DNA of 64,000 bases from Eledone cirrhosa. Its lineage: Eukaryota. A model generated the notes under the pieces. That model was not told where the DNA came from. It made no database searches and saw only the letters and a program-made list of their open reading frames with translations. A program made the translations under genes and the position numbers. Below are positions 10,870 through 26,200 of this stretch, piece after piece. The stretch's first letter is position 1. Each line of letters starts with the position of its first letter. The stretch lies in assembly GCA_964016885.1 (NCBI GenBank), contig OZ024743.1, positions 90,830,001 to 90,894,000 on the forward strand, written 5' to 3'.

Positions 10870-13010
10870 AGACTCGCTGATATTTCAGGCCCCGACAAAC
10901 AACACACCTGATGCAAAACACCTCGTCACAGACTTGACTGGATCCGTCTCCCGAGAGGAATTAGACCTCCTCAGCCTGGGTCCCAAGTTCATATTGAAAC
11001 AGCGACTGGACGACAAATTATGGCTCGACATAGAAACGAATTTCTGACGGGCTGCCTACCAACTAAAACGGATATCGACTCTCGGTAACAACACCACGGA
11101 ATCTAACACACCCAGATTCCCGATATACCAACTGGATCGCCCACTCTGTCCAGCGTCTGCCAACCGCGAGCTTGAAGAAAAACTCTCGAGGCTAAAACAT
11201 TCCGTATTTAACATCTTACGGAAACAGAATAAGATAGTCCCAAACCTCTCCAGGACACAAGAACTCTCCCTGAAGAACCTGCGGAATAGGGAACTTATAT
11301 ACTTACCATCCGACAAAGGTAAAGAGTTTTGCGTCATCTCTCAAGCCACATACAACAACCTAGCCTTTGAACACCTAAGCGACAACGAACTATATACAGA
11401 GATCCCGGACATGACTGCAGTCCAGATCGAAAAACAGGCCAACTCCATCTGGTTCGACATCTGTAGGAGAAGACAACTCCCAAATAAAGTTAAGTTCAAC
11501 TACACCACTAGAAATAGCAGACTGCCCACTTTCTATCACCTCATCAAGACTCACAAGAATAGTATTAAGACACAAATAAGACCCATCGTCTCTAGCATAG
11601 ATGGACCCCTATACAAAATCTCCTGGCTCCTCTCCCAGGTCCTCAAGCCTCTACTCTCCACCTTTCCCGGGCATGTCAGTAGCTCCAACGAGGTCATACG
11701 TAGACTACACCAACTCCAGCCAGAACAACTTAAACTAAATAGATACGCCTTTAGCCTCTACACTACAGTCCCCGCTCATCCAGCTGTCGATTTATTGACA
11801 GACTGCGTGGTCGTAGAGGACATCCACTGCTACGGCCTCCATCTGACGGACATACACCAGCTTTTGTCCTTCACAGTGGACACCACGTACTTCACCTTCC
11901 ACCACCACACATACAGACAGACAACAGGATTACCCATGGGATCCAGCCTATCGGGCCTGCTGGCCATCACCTATATGAACCAGCTAGAATGCCGAGCCCT
12001 CAACACCTGCCATTCCCATACCTTCTTCACCCGATATGTAGATGACATACTCATCCTTACATCATCCCGTGAGGAGGCGGATAAAATATACACGACATTC
12101 TCCAGCATGGACGTCAGTATAAAGTTCAGCATGAAACACCCGATGACCGCGGATCCCTATACCTACTGGACTTCCAACTCAAGGTAACAGAGGAAGGCAA
12201 CATCCACACCTGCTTCTATAAAAAAGCCGCTAGCAGGGACCTGTTCGTACATTTCAGATCGGCCCTCCCAGCCGGCGCTAAGTTCGGATACATAAAGAAC
12301 GAACTAACACGTATCTGGAACAAATGCACCGACGCAAGAGACCGAGACACACACACCACACATTTCTTGGAAGTACTCAAACTGAACGGATACCCGACGT
12401 CCATCACGAACCGTACCAGAAAGAACAGAGGACACCACACCCGAGGCACTAACACCTGCTTCCTGAAGCTCCCACACTTCAGTGACGAAACAACAACAGC
12501 CATCCGCAGAGCTATCAGACGAGAGGGACTAGATATCCAACTAGCCGACTCAGGACCTTTTCTACGCGGACAGCTAACCCAAAGACACTCCACATGACAG
12601 CCGCTGCAGGCTAGCGAACTACCCCATCAACGACACAGACCTATGCCACTAGGTTTACGTCATATACAGATTAGAGTGCGACAAATGCAGCAATTTCTAC
12701 GTAGGTAGCACCACCAGACCATTTCACATAAGAATAAAAGAACACCTCAATACTAACGCTACCTCATTTAAGAAACACCTAGTGAAATGCAACAACACCG
12801 ACAAAAACATAATAGTTAGGATAGAAGCTAAGGAAAGAAACCTCGGCAATCTTAGAATTAAGGAAGCACTGATTATAGACAAAACACAACCACCAATCAA
12901 TAACAGACTAGAACTCAACACCCAATGTTTAACATGATAGAGCACCTAGCCCCACACTTACACCCCTTCTCACACTCACACGCACACGCACACACACGCA
13001 CACGCACACG

Positions 13011-13041
<31 letters not shown>

Positions 13042-13542
13042 GCTTACACCTCCACTTATTCTCTCTCACACACACACATACACACACAAAGACCAGTTTT
13101 AACATGATAGAGCATCTAGCCCCCACATTTACATATAGACATATCTTCTCACACTCACACACACACGCATACTTACGCCTTCACGTATTCTCCCAAACAC
13201 TTAAACATACATGTACAAAACCCCTTTTAAAGGGAGACTACTCTTTATCCACCTAACCTTCACTCTTTGACATTAGATATAGAATGGAATCTCTATACCA
13301 TTTCCTGTCAGCATGACTTGGCAAGCTAATTAGAACACTGGATTAACCCCTTTACTTCCCTCCGAAGAAGAGATATTTTCTCGAAAATTAAGGATATTCA
13401 AATAAATTTAAGGTAAAAGACTAATTGTCAACAATATCTTTTGCATTTTAATTTATATTCTATGTCCATACCTGCATTGTCTTGGCCTTACAACTCCAAA
13501 TACAACTCATCATACAATGCTTCAAGTGAACTACAACCTCCT

Positions 13543-13545
<3 letters not shown>
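10870..13545 (+). mobile_element. Penelope-like element, decayed RT plus C-terminal GIY-YIG
   Basis: LLSLGPKF, LIKTHK, IRPIVSS, GLPMGSSLS, RYVDD, VIYRLECDKCSNFYVGSTTRPFHIRIKEH, with stops and frameshifts. Degenerate hammerhead at 13358-13394 (core CCGAAGA). Same family as 6600-7758. Confidence 0.92.
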
Positions 13546-13594
<49 letters not shown>

Positions 13595-16500
13595 GGAAAA
13601 ATTTGAACAGGGACAAAACAGAGAGGCAGTACAACAAATGTTTATTAATTTCACGCTCTGGAGAGTGGGGTGTTGGTGGGGGACGACGTTTCGGGCATAA
13701 GCCCTTCCTCAGGTGAGAAGTGTGTGGGAACAGAGTTCAAAGGGTGTGTAGGGGCGTGGTGGAGAGACATATAGCGAAAGGAAACGGTGCGAATGAAAAA
13801 ATAAAAAATAAAGATAAAAATAAAAATAAAGCATGATCAAAATACAAGGAATGAGATAAATTTAAAAATAAAGGCATGATCAAAATAAACAGAAATTAAA
13901 AGGGGGGGGTAAACAGGTGGTGGAAGGGTGTGGGGTGTGTAGGGGTGGTGGCGGGTGGAGTGGGGAGAGGGAGACGGGGTGTCCGAGCGGGGAGGGCTGA
14001 AGGTGGTGTGTGTAGGTGTGCGTGTGTGTGTGTGTGTGTGTATGTGAAAGTAAGGGTTGGGGGAAGAACGGGGTTGCATGTTCAGGAAGAGGTGTGTGTG
14101 GGGGGGGGATCGGAGTGTCTGTGCGTGTGTGGATAGAGGGGTGGGGGGAGAGGAATCAGGAGGCTGAGGGTGTAAATATGTGGTGGAAAGCACGTGTGTG
14201 TGGGGTTTAAGCGTGTTGTGGGTGTGGGTGGCGTGTGGGGGAAAAAAAATTTTGGGGGTGTGTGTGTGGGTGAGTTATATAGGTGATTACGTAAGAAGAT
14301 GGTTGAAAAGTTGGTAAATTCCGAAGATGTTTAGTGGATTGGTTGTAGGTCAATTTCTGCGTGTGGGTATTCCATGAAGCGGTGGTCGGAAGAGGAGAGA
14401 TGTGGGGTGCGCGCGCAACAGGAAGTGGTCAGCAGTGGGAGTGCTGTGGTCTGTTAGTGCTGGGAGGTGGTCAGAGGGCATAGCAGCAGTCGGTGGAATG
14501 GTAAGGGGGCGAGGATGGGTAGGTGTGAAAGTTGGAGTGAGGAGGGTGTGTGTGTGTGTGTGTGTATTAGTAGGGGTGTTAGTGGGATGAGTGAGTGTGG
14601 AGCGAGGGTGTGGGTGGAGCGGGGAGAGAAGGGTGTGTGTGGTTCTATGGAGGGAGTGTGGTGTACTGGTGTGTGTGTAGTTTGATGAAGAGGTGTTAGT
14701 GGGTGTTAGTATACGGGAGGTGGGGAAGGGTTGAATGCAGGTGTGAGTGGGGGTTAGTGGTGGTAGGGTGTGTAGAGTTGGTGGTGTACGAGGGTGTGTG
14801 GGTACGTGTGCGTGGGGTTGGGGGGTGTTAGTAATGTTAGTTGCGTGTGGGGTGGGTGGTGTAAGTGGGTGCGTGTGTTCGTGTGCTTGGGGTTAGGGGG
14901 TGTTAGTGAGGTTAGTTGCGGGGTGTGGGATGGAGGTGTGGGGGTGAGAATGTGGGGGTGAGGGTTAGTGGTGGTAGTAGGGTGTGTGTTTAGTGTGAGC
15001 GCGTGTATATATGTGCCGGTGGGTGTGTGCGTGTGATAAGGAGGGAGGAGGAGGAGAAGAGGGGAGGGAAGGGATGTTAGTATGTTAGTTGGGGAAGGGT
15101 TGTCAGATGAGGGGTGGAGTGGAGGTGTTAGTATTGTTAGTTGTGGGGTGGGCGGTGAAAAGGAGGGGTGTGTTAGTGGTGTTAGTGGGGGATAAGTGTT
15201 GGGGGGGGGGGTCGAAGGCTAAAGGAATAACGGTGGGGAGTTTAGGCTGGGGGGAGTGTGGGTCTGTAAGATGAAGATAGTTCGTTGTTCGACCGTAAGG
15301 TGATTGGCGGGTGTTCCGTGGCACTGGAGTAGGCCACAGACTGTGAGATGGCGTGCGGAATGTCCAGGGCCACCAAAGTGGCGGGCGATGGGGGAACTGC
15401 CCCCGAGACGAATATCCCGGAGGTGCTCCGTGACTCGGTCCGCCAGGCGACGTCCCATCTGTCCGACATAAGTCGTAGACTAGGTTGGAGGAGGTGCAGC
15501 GGAAGGCATGCCGGACCGACAGAGAGTGGCCGTTGGGACCCTGGAAGGTGGTGGTGTTGGTGATGTGGGGACAGGTGTTGCAGCGGGGCCTAGAACAGGG
15601 AAAGGAACCGGGGGGGGGGGGAACAGAGCGTGGGTTGGGGGTAGGGAGCTGTGGACGAGGAGGGTGCGGAGATTGCGTGCGATTTGAAGGAGGGGAGTGG
15701 TGGGGTTGGGAAGATGTGGGAGGTGGAGGGGTCGGACTGGAGGCGTCGGAAGAGGCGGCGGATGGTGCGGTGGAGGGGTAAGGTGGAGGGGTGGTAGGTG
15801 ATGGGGAAGGGGAGACGGTGGGTGGGTGTGCGGTGGCGTGGGGTGAGGGTGGTGGAGCGGGTGAGAGCGGTGTAGACGAGAGAGGGGGGGGGGGAACCTC
15901 TGCGGATGAAATGGCTGACTAGGGAAAGGGCCTGGGACTCGAAGTCAGCATCACGGCTACAGAGGCGGCAGATCCTGAGAAGTTGGGAGTAGGGAATGGA
16001 GTGTTTAGTGTGGGTGGGGTGGGAAGAGGTGAAGTCGAGGTAAGAGTGGGAGTCGGTGGGTTTGAAGAAGGCGGAGGTGACGAGGGAGTGGTGGGAGGGG
16101 TCGAAGGCGACGGAGATGTCTAAGAAGTGGACGTGGGTGGTGGAGATAGAGGTGGTGAAGTGGAGGGAGGGGTGGAAGGAGCAGAAGAAGGAGAGAAAGG
16201 AGTCGAGCTGTACTCGGGTGAGGGTCGTGGCTCCGATACAGTCGTCAATGTAACGACCGTACAGTTCGGGCGTGGGGCCGGTGTACTGGGCAAAGATTTG
16301 GGCCTCAACATGGCCAACAAAAAGGTTGGCATAGTTCGGGCCCATTCTTGTGCCCATGGCTACCCCCGTGACCTGTTGGTAAAACTCACCCGAGAAGGAG
16401 AAACAATTTAGGGTGAGGACCAGCTCGGCGAGGCGAAGGAGGGTGGGGGTGGAGGGAATGGGGGAGGGGCGAAGGTCGAGGTAGTGTTTGAGGGCGCGAA

Positions 16501-17955
16501 GGCCGTCGGCGTGGGGGATGACTGTATAGAGGGACTTGATGTCTAGGGTGAAGAGGAAGGGCTGTGGGCCGGGTAGGTGAAGGAGTCGAAAAGGCGCAGG
16601 GCGTGGTTGGTGTCGGAGATGTGGGAGGGGAGGGTGGTGACAAGGGGGGCGAGGAGGGAGTCGAGAAAGGCGGAGATGAGTTCGGTGGGGCAGTTGCAAG
16701 CGGAGACGATGGGGCGGTCGGGGTTGTCGGGTTTGTGGAGTTTGGGGAGGAAGTAGATGGTGGGGGTGCGGGTGGTGCGGACGATGAGGTGGGAAGCGGT
16801 GGGAAGCGGTGGGGGGAGGAAGGAGGAGGCGATAAGGTCTTTGATGGTGGAGGAGACTTGTTGTTGGTAGAGGGGGGTGGGATCCGAGGGTAGAGGGTGG
16901 TAAAAGAGGGGGTTACAGAGCTGCCTGAGGGCTTCGGCCGTGTAGAGGTCCGCGCGCCATACCACTACGGCGCCTCCCTTGTCCGCCGGTTTGATGACGA
17001 TGTCATCTCGGCTACGAGGAGTTCGCCCCGTGAGATATTGTGCCGTTTGGAACGGTGGCGGAAGTCGAAACGATTTACTGCGCTACGGCTGGCATCGACG
17101 AAGGCGTCCAGGGTGCTAAATTGCCCTGGGGCCGGCGTCCAAGAAGATGGTAGTCGGCCCAGGGCGAGAAACGGGTCTGGGGCGTCCGGAGCCGGTGGCG
17201 TTCGGCCGAAATGTGCCTGTAGCTTAGTGCGTCGCACGAATCGCTCGACTTCCGTTCGGGTGCGGAACTCGTCGCTGTGCGGAGTGTGGGGTATGAAGCG
17301 AAGGCCTCTACTAAGGAGTGAGCGCTCAGGTGCGGAGAGGGGGGAGGTCAGGGGGTATGGTGACAACAAGGGGTGGGGTTTGGGTGTTTGGGGGGAAGGG
17401 AGGGTGTGGGTCGAGGGAGAGGTGGAGAGTGGTGGGCGTATGGGGATGGGCGGGTGGTGGTGGATGGGGGGGGGAGTGAGTGTAGCTTGCGGGCTTTGGT
17501 GGAGCTGAGGAACGAGAAGAGGTTGTGGTTGAGATTTTGGATGAAGGAGAGGATGGCTTGCGCGAGGAGGGGGTGGCAGGTGGAGTTAAGGCGGAGGAGG
17601 GTGGGGGTCAGTTGGTGGTCAAGTTGGCGGAGGGTGGAACGGGAGGCGCGGATGGAGTTGCGCATCAGGAGGCGTGAGGATCGGGTGAGGATACGTTGCG
17701 TGGAGGGGGAAGCGGCGGGGGAGGGGTGAAAGTGTAGACGGAAGCCGAGGGGGATAAGGTGGAGGCGGAGGCAGTGGCTGAGGAAATGGATGTGGCTGGA
17801 GTGCCGGGTTTTGGCGAAGAGAAGGTAGGAGAGTTGAAGGGCAAAGGGGAGATAGCAGGGTGGGAGGAGGGGGTGAGGAAAAGTTTGAGGCGATTATGTA
17901 GTTGGTGGAGAAAGGATCTCAGGTTGGGCATGATGGGCGTTGGGTGAAAGCAGGG
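13595..17955 (-). mobile_element. Near full-length Penelope-like element, Neptune-like, frameshifted
   Basis: LLSRGLRFIP, YFLPKLHKPDNPDRPIVS, LDIKSLYT, GVAMGTRMGPNYAN, RYIDD, FKPTDSHSYL, RCNTCPHI linker, YVGQMGRRLADRVTEH. It has a long AC-rich 3' UTR and (TA)n on both sides. Confidence 0.93.
13681..13716 (-). ncRNA. Minimal hammerhead in the PLE 3' terminus
   Basis: ac-CTGAGGA-agggcttatgccc-GAAA-cg-TC-gt; stem I is weak. Confidence 0.65.
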
Positions 17956-17965
17956 GATATATATA

Positions 17966-18064
<99 letters not shown>

Positions 18065-18069
18065 TATAT

Positions 18070-18535
18070 GGAAAGTTATATTTAAATTGTTGGGTTACAA
18101 CGAGTAAATATTTATAACTGATATAAAAGCACTCAACAAGTATTTGGAGTATATTTACGATATTAAATAAATGGAAATTATATTTATAAAACCATATTTA
18201 TTTCATTATATATATTTCAGGGATATCATATTAAAAATATGTTATGCCTTCTTCAGACAAAATACAATATAGACAGTCTTATAAATAAATAGATTCGACA
18301 TACCTTTCAACATCGACTTGCATTTGAAAAGTTGATTTGGCAGATCACTGCCAAATCAACTTTTCAAATGCAAGTCGATGTTGAAAGGTATGTCGAATCT
18401 ATTTATTTATAAGACTGTCTATATTGTATTTTGTCTGAAGAAGGCATAACATATTTTTAATATGATATCCCTGAAATATATATAATGAAATAAATATGGT
18501 TTTATAAATATAATTTCCATTTATTTAATATCGTA
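18070..18535. mobile_element. PLE 3'-end fragment with fold-back (inverted repeat 18156-18535)
   Basis: Arms of about 188 bp with loop ATCA at about 18344-18347. Homologous to 22680-22872 and flanked by (TA)n. Confidence 0.88.
18427..18492 (+). ncRNA. Hammerhead ribozyme (mirror copy at 18199-18264, minus strand)
   Basis: tattttgt-CTGAAGA-agg..catatt/aatatg..cct-GAAA-tatata-TA-atgaaata. Confidence 0.8.
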
Positions 18536-18551
18536 TATAAATATATATATA

Positions 18552-18597
<46 letters not shown>

Positions 18598-18639
18598 TAT
18601 ATATATATATAGTATATATATATATATATATATATATAG

Positions 18640-18670
<31 letters not shown>

Positions 18671-18783
18671 TATATATATATATATAGTATATATATATAT
18701 ATATATATATAGTATATATATATATATATATATATAGTATATATATATATATATATATATAGTATATATATATATATATATAG

Positions 18784-18814
<31 letters not shown>

Positions 18815-18916
18815 TATATATATATATAGTATATATATAGTATATATATATATATAGTATATATATATATATAGTATATATATATAGTATATATATATAT
18901 AGTATATATATATATA

Positions 18917-18964
<48 letters not shown>

Positions 18965-19025
18965 TATATAAATATATATATATATAGTATATATATATAT
19001 ATATATATAAATATATATATATATA

Positions 19026-19088
<63 letters not shown>

Positions 19089-19101
19089 GTATATATATAT
19101 A
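18536..19101. repeat. (TA)n with interspersed TAG
   Basis: Seen directly. Confidence 0.95.
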
Positions 19102-19951
19102 TGCCTACGTATATAATTACATACATATATGTATTTATTTTCTTTTATTAATTGAGTTCTTTACACGAGGAATTGATATTGGTTTTGAAAGAACTAATTA
19201 ACCCGCGTGTGTTTTATATTTTACTCTTAATAATTCGGCCGGAGAATTATATTCCCATTTGCCCTTTATAGCATAACTTTCTGCATTTACTGCGGTTATG
19301 AGAAGCGGTTCTTATTCGGGTACAACTTCTGATTTAGCCCAAGAAAATATCTATATGCGTGTGTAATGTATACAAACATATATTTATTTTTTTTATTTTC
19401 AATTGAGTTCTTAAACACGTTGGATTGATAATGTTTTCAAAAAAACTAATTAACCCGCGTGTATATTATTTTTTTCCCCTCATTTCGTGAGTTGTCTCCT
19501 CTTCCCGCCGCTATGATACTTCCTCAGTAAAAAACTCCTGGAATTTCAAATTGGGCGGTCATTCGAGGCGAGAGAGAGCTACTTTACGGACATGATTTTT
19601 GACAGCGGTAAGAAATTGTTTTCTTATATCAATGTTTAATGGGCTTCCACTGATGATTTATAAGTGCCCACCTTAATATATTCTTACATGAATATATATT
19701 AGGCTTCTACATAAACTGGAAACATTCTCCCAAACTTGTAGAAAACTTATAATGAAACAATTGTTTGGAAAGAGAGATATACTTTAACTTTAATTATATC
19801 TCATAAAATAATACAACTGGTTTTTCCACATTATACATATTGTTAGCACCCCAAACACTTAAATTGGGTTTATATTTTAATATAACCTAATGTTTGTTGA
19901 GTGAGATGGTTACCAGTCAAAGTTTAGCTTTAAACTATCTCTGTTATTGTA

Positions 19952-20018
<67 letters not shown>

Positions 20019-20104
20019 TATATATATATATAAATATATATATATAGTATATATATAGCATATATATATATATAGTATATATATATCTATATCTATCTAT
20101 ATAT

Positions 20105-22869
20105 ATCTAATCACCCCAGATCTGTTAAAAATACTATAGTGAACTCTGTTCAAGAACGTATCTCAAGAATTTCATCTAATAAAAATATTTTCGACGAAAA
20201 AGCGCAGTATTACAATGAAGCGTTAGCTAGAGCAGGATATAGTGATAAAATTAAGTACATCGATAATAATAGGCAAACTAACCAAAATAATAACAATTTT
20301 AATTACGGTAACAACTTTAACAACTATAATAGAAAACATTACAATAATTCCAAAAGCCAGAAAAGAAATAGAACTAGAAATATAATATGGTTTGCCCCCC
20401 TTTCTCACTAAATATTAAAACCCACATTGCTAAACTATTTTTTAATGCTCTTGACAAACGCTTCCCTAGAACACATAAATATCACTCAATTTTTAATAGA
20501 CATACTATAAAATTAACTTACTCGTCCACCAAAAATTTAGCACAAAATATTAACAGAATAAATAATAGGAATCTAAAACCTAGCCAAAATACCGATAATA
20601 GCCTAAACAATATTCAATTAAACAACTGTAACTGTAGAAATAAATCTAAATGTCCGTTAAATAACAATTGCTTAGTTAAAAATATAATATACAATTGTAA
20701 TGTTAAAACTAACTTAAATTCTTTTAACTATGTTGGTTCCACCTCGACAGAATTTAAACTTCGCTATAATAATCATAAGAATTCTTTCACAGATCCAAAC
20801 AAAAAATCTTCAACTTCACTATCAGGCTTATTCTGGCAACTTAAACATGATAACGTTGGATATTCGATGTTTTGGAATATTGTCTCAAGAGGGATTCCTT
20901 TTAATTCCTCATCTGAGACATGTGACCTCTGTGTGGAGGAGATATTCTTTATATTAAAATCTAAAAATTCCCTTAATTTAAGGAGCAATTTATTCAGTTG
21001 CTGCAGACATAGATTGAACTCAACGTTTAAATATAAATATAAATTTAAAATGTAGTATAATTAGTTAAGATATTTAATTAATGTATGAAACCTGACGATA
21101 AATCTTTCGATTCCTTCAACTTTTCTTTTAAACCTTCTTCATAAATATATACTAATGATGTAATTAAACTACCCTAAAATGTAGATGCTCCCAATCTATT
21201 GAATACATTTTAAGCTAGATAAACTTCTATACTAAATATAAGAGCATCTGTAGAACAACAGGGTCTCCTAAATCTTTTAAATGATTTCTGCTAAATAAGT
21301 TTTGTTGAATAATTTTTGGTTTTTTTGTTTGCTTTTTGATTCTGATTGCTTCTAATGAACTTGACAATATATTGTCAGATAAATTGGAAGGGTAGATTTC
21401 TGTGGGTGATATGGGGGGCATACTGTGTTTTTTATGGCCCGAGATACTCTGGTGAGTGATGAAAATATTTTTAACGTTTTGATATCTCTGTGCTGATATA
21501 TTAATATCTGGTTGTCTCTGTACAAAGGCCATATGTATTAATATGAATATGGAATGATTACAGAGTATATTTTATTTTATCTGTTTATTTTATCTGTCCA
21601 TGTACATATATGTGCGCACGCATATATATATATATGTATGTGTGGCTATGGTTCTGGATATGTTACAGATATGCATAATATTCTATACATGAACGATAAT
21701 CATGTATGTGAGGGCAGGAATATTAATATATATTTTTATGCATATATATATATAATAAAATCTTTTATAACACAAGGGAAAATTTTTTCTGTGAAACAAG
21801 AAATTACAGAGTTGATCACGTAAGATCACGGGTATGTCTATAGTATCAACTAGAACTTGAGATGACCTTCTCTTTTTCTCTTTCTTTCCTTTTCCGGAAA
21901 GTACATATATACTTATGTATTTCCGTATTTTTTGAAGTTTTATCTCAGTTTTTGGTACACCGACCTAAGAATTTTTAAACTAAACATATGGTCATTATTT
22001 TTCACACATTATATATCTACGTCTCATTCATGAATATTGATATTTACATTATAATACCCAATTCACATGAATTGATAATTCAAATTGATAGGACATAACG
22101 TAAACATGTAAATCTATCATCCTTCCCTCTAGATATAGCTCTTTCTTCTCCTCCCTCTTTATACATGATGAAATTTAAGTATCGGTTATTTTAACTTTGC
22201 CTCTCGAGCTTCTCTCTTGTTTTCTCTCTTACTTCTCTCCTATTTCTCTCACCTCCCCATATATAATTATTATTATTTGATCTACCTCTTTCCCCCCCCC
22301 CCCCCCCCCCCACCTCTATCTTTCTCTATCTCTCTGTTTTCTCTTTATTTTTTATTTTTTATTTCTCTCCGTCTCCTTAACACTATAACTAAATAATTAC
22401 AGTACTCCCTCCCTCCTAAATATCTCAATTTGTATGATGAATTGTTATTATTCATCTGTTGCCTCAGCTGCATCTCTTTTTTCACCTCCTCACTATTTAT
22501 CTCTCCCCTATCTCTCTCTATTTCTCTCTGTTTTTCTTTACATACATTTCTTCTTTTTCTCCGTCTTTCTTTTTAACTGTGCTTAACACTAAATATTTAT
22601 AAACATCTCACTACCAAACCAACTTCTTACATGAAAGTTGATCAATATTTATGGTACGTCAAAATTATTTATAAAACTGCTTATATATTGTATTTTATCT
22701 GAAGAAGGCATGCCATATTTGTAATATGGTATCCCCGAAATATGTATAATGAAATAAATATAGTTTCCATTTGTTTAATATCGTATATCTACTCCAAAAC
22801 TTGTTGAGTGCTTTATATCAGTTATAAAATATTTACTTGTTGTAACCCAACAATTTTAAATAAAACTTT

Positions 22870-22872
<3 letters not shown>
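20105..22872 (+). mobile_element. 5'-truncated Penelope-like element resembling the Hydra clade (RT thumb, GIY-YIG, about 1.8 kb 3' region)
   Basis: SNHP..., IWFAPPFSLNIKT, CNCRNKSKCPLNNNCLVKNIIY, YVGSTSTEFKLRYNNH, CDLCVEE, CRH. One frameshift near 20400, a terminal hammerhead and (TA)n flanks. Confidence 0.85.
22691..22756 (+). ncRNA. Hammerhead ribozyme at the PLE 3' end
   Basis: tattttat-CTGAAGA-stem II-GAAA-tatgta-TA-atgaaata. Confidence 0.8.
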
Positions 22873-22928
<56 letters not shown>

Positions 22929-23065
22929 TATATATAGTATATATATAGTATATATATATATATAGTATATATATAGTATATATATATAGTATATATATAT
23001 AGTATATATATATAGTATATATATATAGTATATATATATAGTATATATATATAGTATATATATAG

Positions 23066-23096
<31 letters not shown>

Positions 23097-23104
23097 TATA
23101 TATA

Positions 23105-23142
<38 letters not shown>

Positions 23143-23150
23143 TATATATA

Positions 23151-23218
<68 letters not shown>

Positions 23219-23376
23219 TACAGTAAGAAACACACTAAACCGTGTGTCTAATATTACAAGGGTTGAAAAACCACATTTGTTTGAAATATTTAACCAAGAA
23301 GCAGACAGAATGATAAAATAACAATATATTATTATACAAACCGCCTCAATAACCATTATATCTCTCGGACAGATTA

Positions 23377-23439
23377 TCCCTAATCTGTTTCGCCCTGAGT
23401 GTGTTTGTAACAGATAATCCTTAGGCATCATCAGCGAGA
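23377..23439 (-). ncRNA. Degenerate hammerhead in a short (TA)n-adjacent element
   Basis: tctcg-CTGATGA-tgcct..gggc-GAAA-caga-TT-aggga; stem I is imperfect. Confidence 0.5.
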
Positions 23440-23449
23440 GAATCAGATT

Positions 23450-24794
23450 AAATGCATGGCATTGTCTTGGAGTGTGCCATTTTTATCAACTAGGGCGCCA
23501 ACAGTGGAGACGGTGACCTTGTGTTTTTTAGCAAATGAAAAGAACACTTTGGGGTTGAGTTTGGTTTTCTCAATGGCCCACCTCTCTTCAGCTATTCTCT
23601 GGTTATTGATGATGGTCATCATGCATTGTTGGAGGTTATATTTGTTTTATTCAAGCAGGGCGATAGCCATTGAATGTGTGTGTTACTGTTGGCAGTATTT
23701 TAGTGTGTTAATTTTTTTGTTTGTTCTTTTTATTTTTCTGATAATCGTTCTTCTGTTTTGGGGGATACTGCACTTAGTTTTGTTCACAAGTTTTGGTGGG
23801 GTGTGTTTTGGACATATATTTGTGTCAGTGTCTACAAAGATCTGCCAAGATGTTTTGATGTTGGTGGAAATGTGTGCGTGTGTAAAAGACCAGTCAACAT
23901 GTGATAGTTCGTTCATAATTACATTCCAGTTGGCATTGTAGAGATCCATGTTATGAAATGGGTGGGCTGGAAAGAGGTCCCTGGGATTAGCTTTCGGCTG
24001 GTGGAATCTCAGGTTACAAAGACCCATGTCATGGTCTAGGAGAAGGGATTTTTCCACTGTAAAATTATGGATAGTGTTATTGTGATTACTAAACACTAAA
24101 TCCAGAATATTCTTCTGATGCCTTGTTGGTGCAAGGACAAGTTGGGACAAGAAAAACTCATTCATGAAGTCAAGAAGTGACTCGACTGCTTCTTTGTCAG
24201 TGGTTAAGGCTGTGGAGCCTGGTTTCAAACTACATGTAGACCAATCGACACAGGGTAGATTAAAGTCTCCCATCAAAAGTATGTTGCTAGAATGGCACTG
24301 TTTAATAAAGCATTTAATACTGTTGAGGCATTCTTTGAAGCATATTATGGGTGTTTGTGGTGGCCTATAGAGCCCAACTAATGTCAGGTCATTGGCTTTA
24401 TTGTGCACAGTGACTGATTCACAGTATCCATTAGAGAATGTTGTGTTGCCATCTGCCGTAAAGGAATCATGCAGGAAAATGGCAGTTCCACCCTTCCTTC
24501 TGCCAACGCGATCCGCACGGATGGTTGTGAAATTTCTCACTCTTACTTCGGCCTCCAAGTGGGAGTTGTCAAGGTGGGTCTCAGTAAGAATGAAGAAGGG
24601 GATGTGAAATGGATGGTTACCAATCCAATCCTCAATGAATTGGATCTTCCATTTCTGTGCATTGATGGATGGGCTGATACCTTGTGTATTGAGTAAGAAT
24701 GTGGAGGCTGGTGTGGTGGCTGGTTTTGACTGTTGCAGAGGGGCTTGTTTTGTGATTGTGTGTTAGTGACAGCAAGGTTGGTGTTGGGTGATGG

Positions 24795-24795
<1 letters not shown>
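23450..24795 (-). mobile_element. LINE fragment encoding an APE endonuclease (CR1/Jockey group)
   Basis: LTETHL, RADRVGRRKGGTA, LYRPP, MGDFNLP, PTR..NILDLVF, DH motifs (ORF 23683-24558). Confidence 0.85.

Positions 24796-26200
<1,405 letters not shown>

Noticed and set aside
11045-12597. In-frame TGA codons as selenocysteine in the PLE
   Set aside because: The copy also has a TAG stop and frameshifts, and the endonuclease is C-terminal, so ordinary decay explains them.
21227-21532. 101-aa antisense ORF in the PLE 3' region
   Set aside because: No recognisable motif and no second copy to test conservation.
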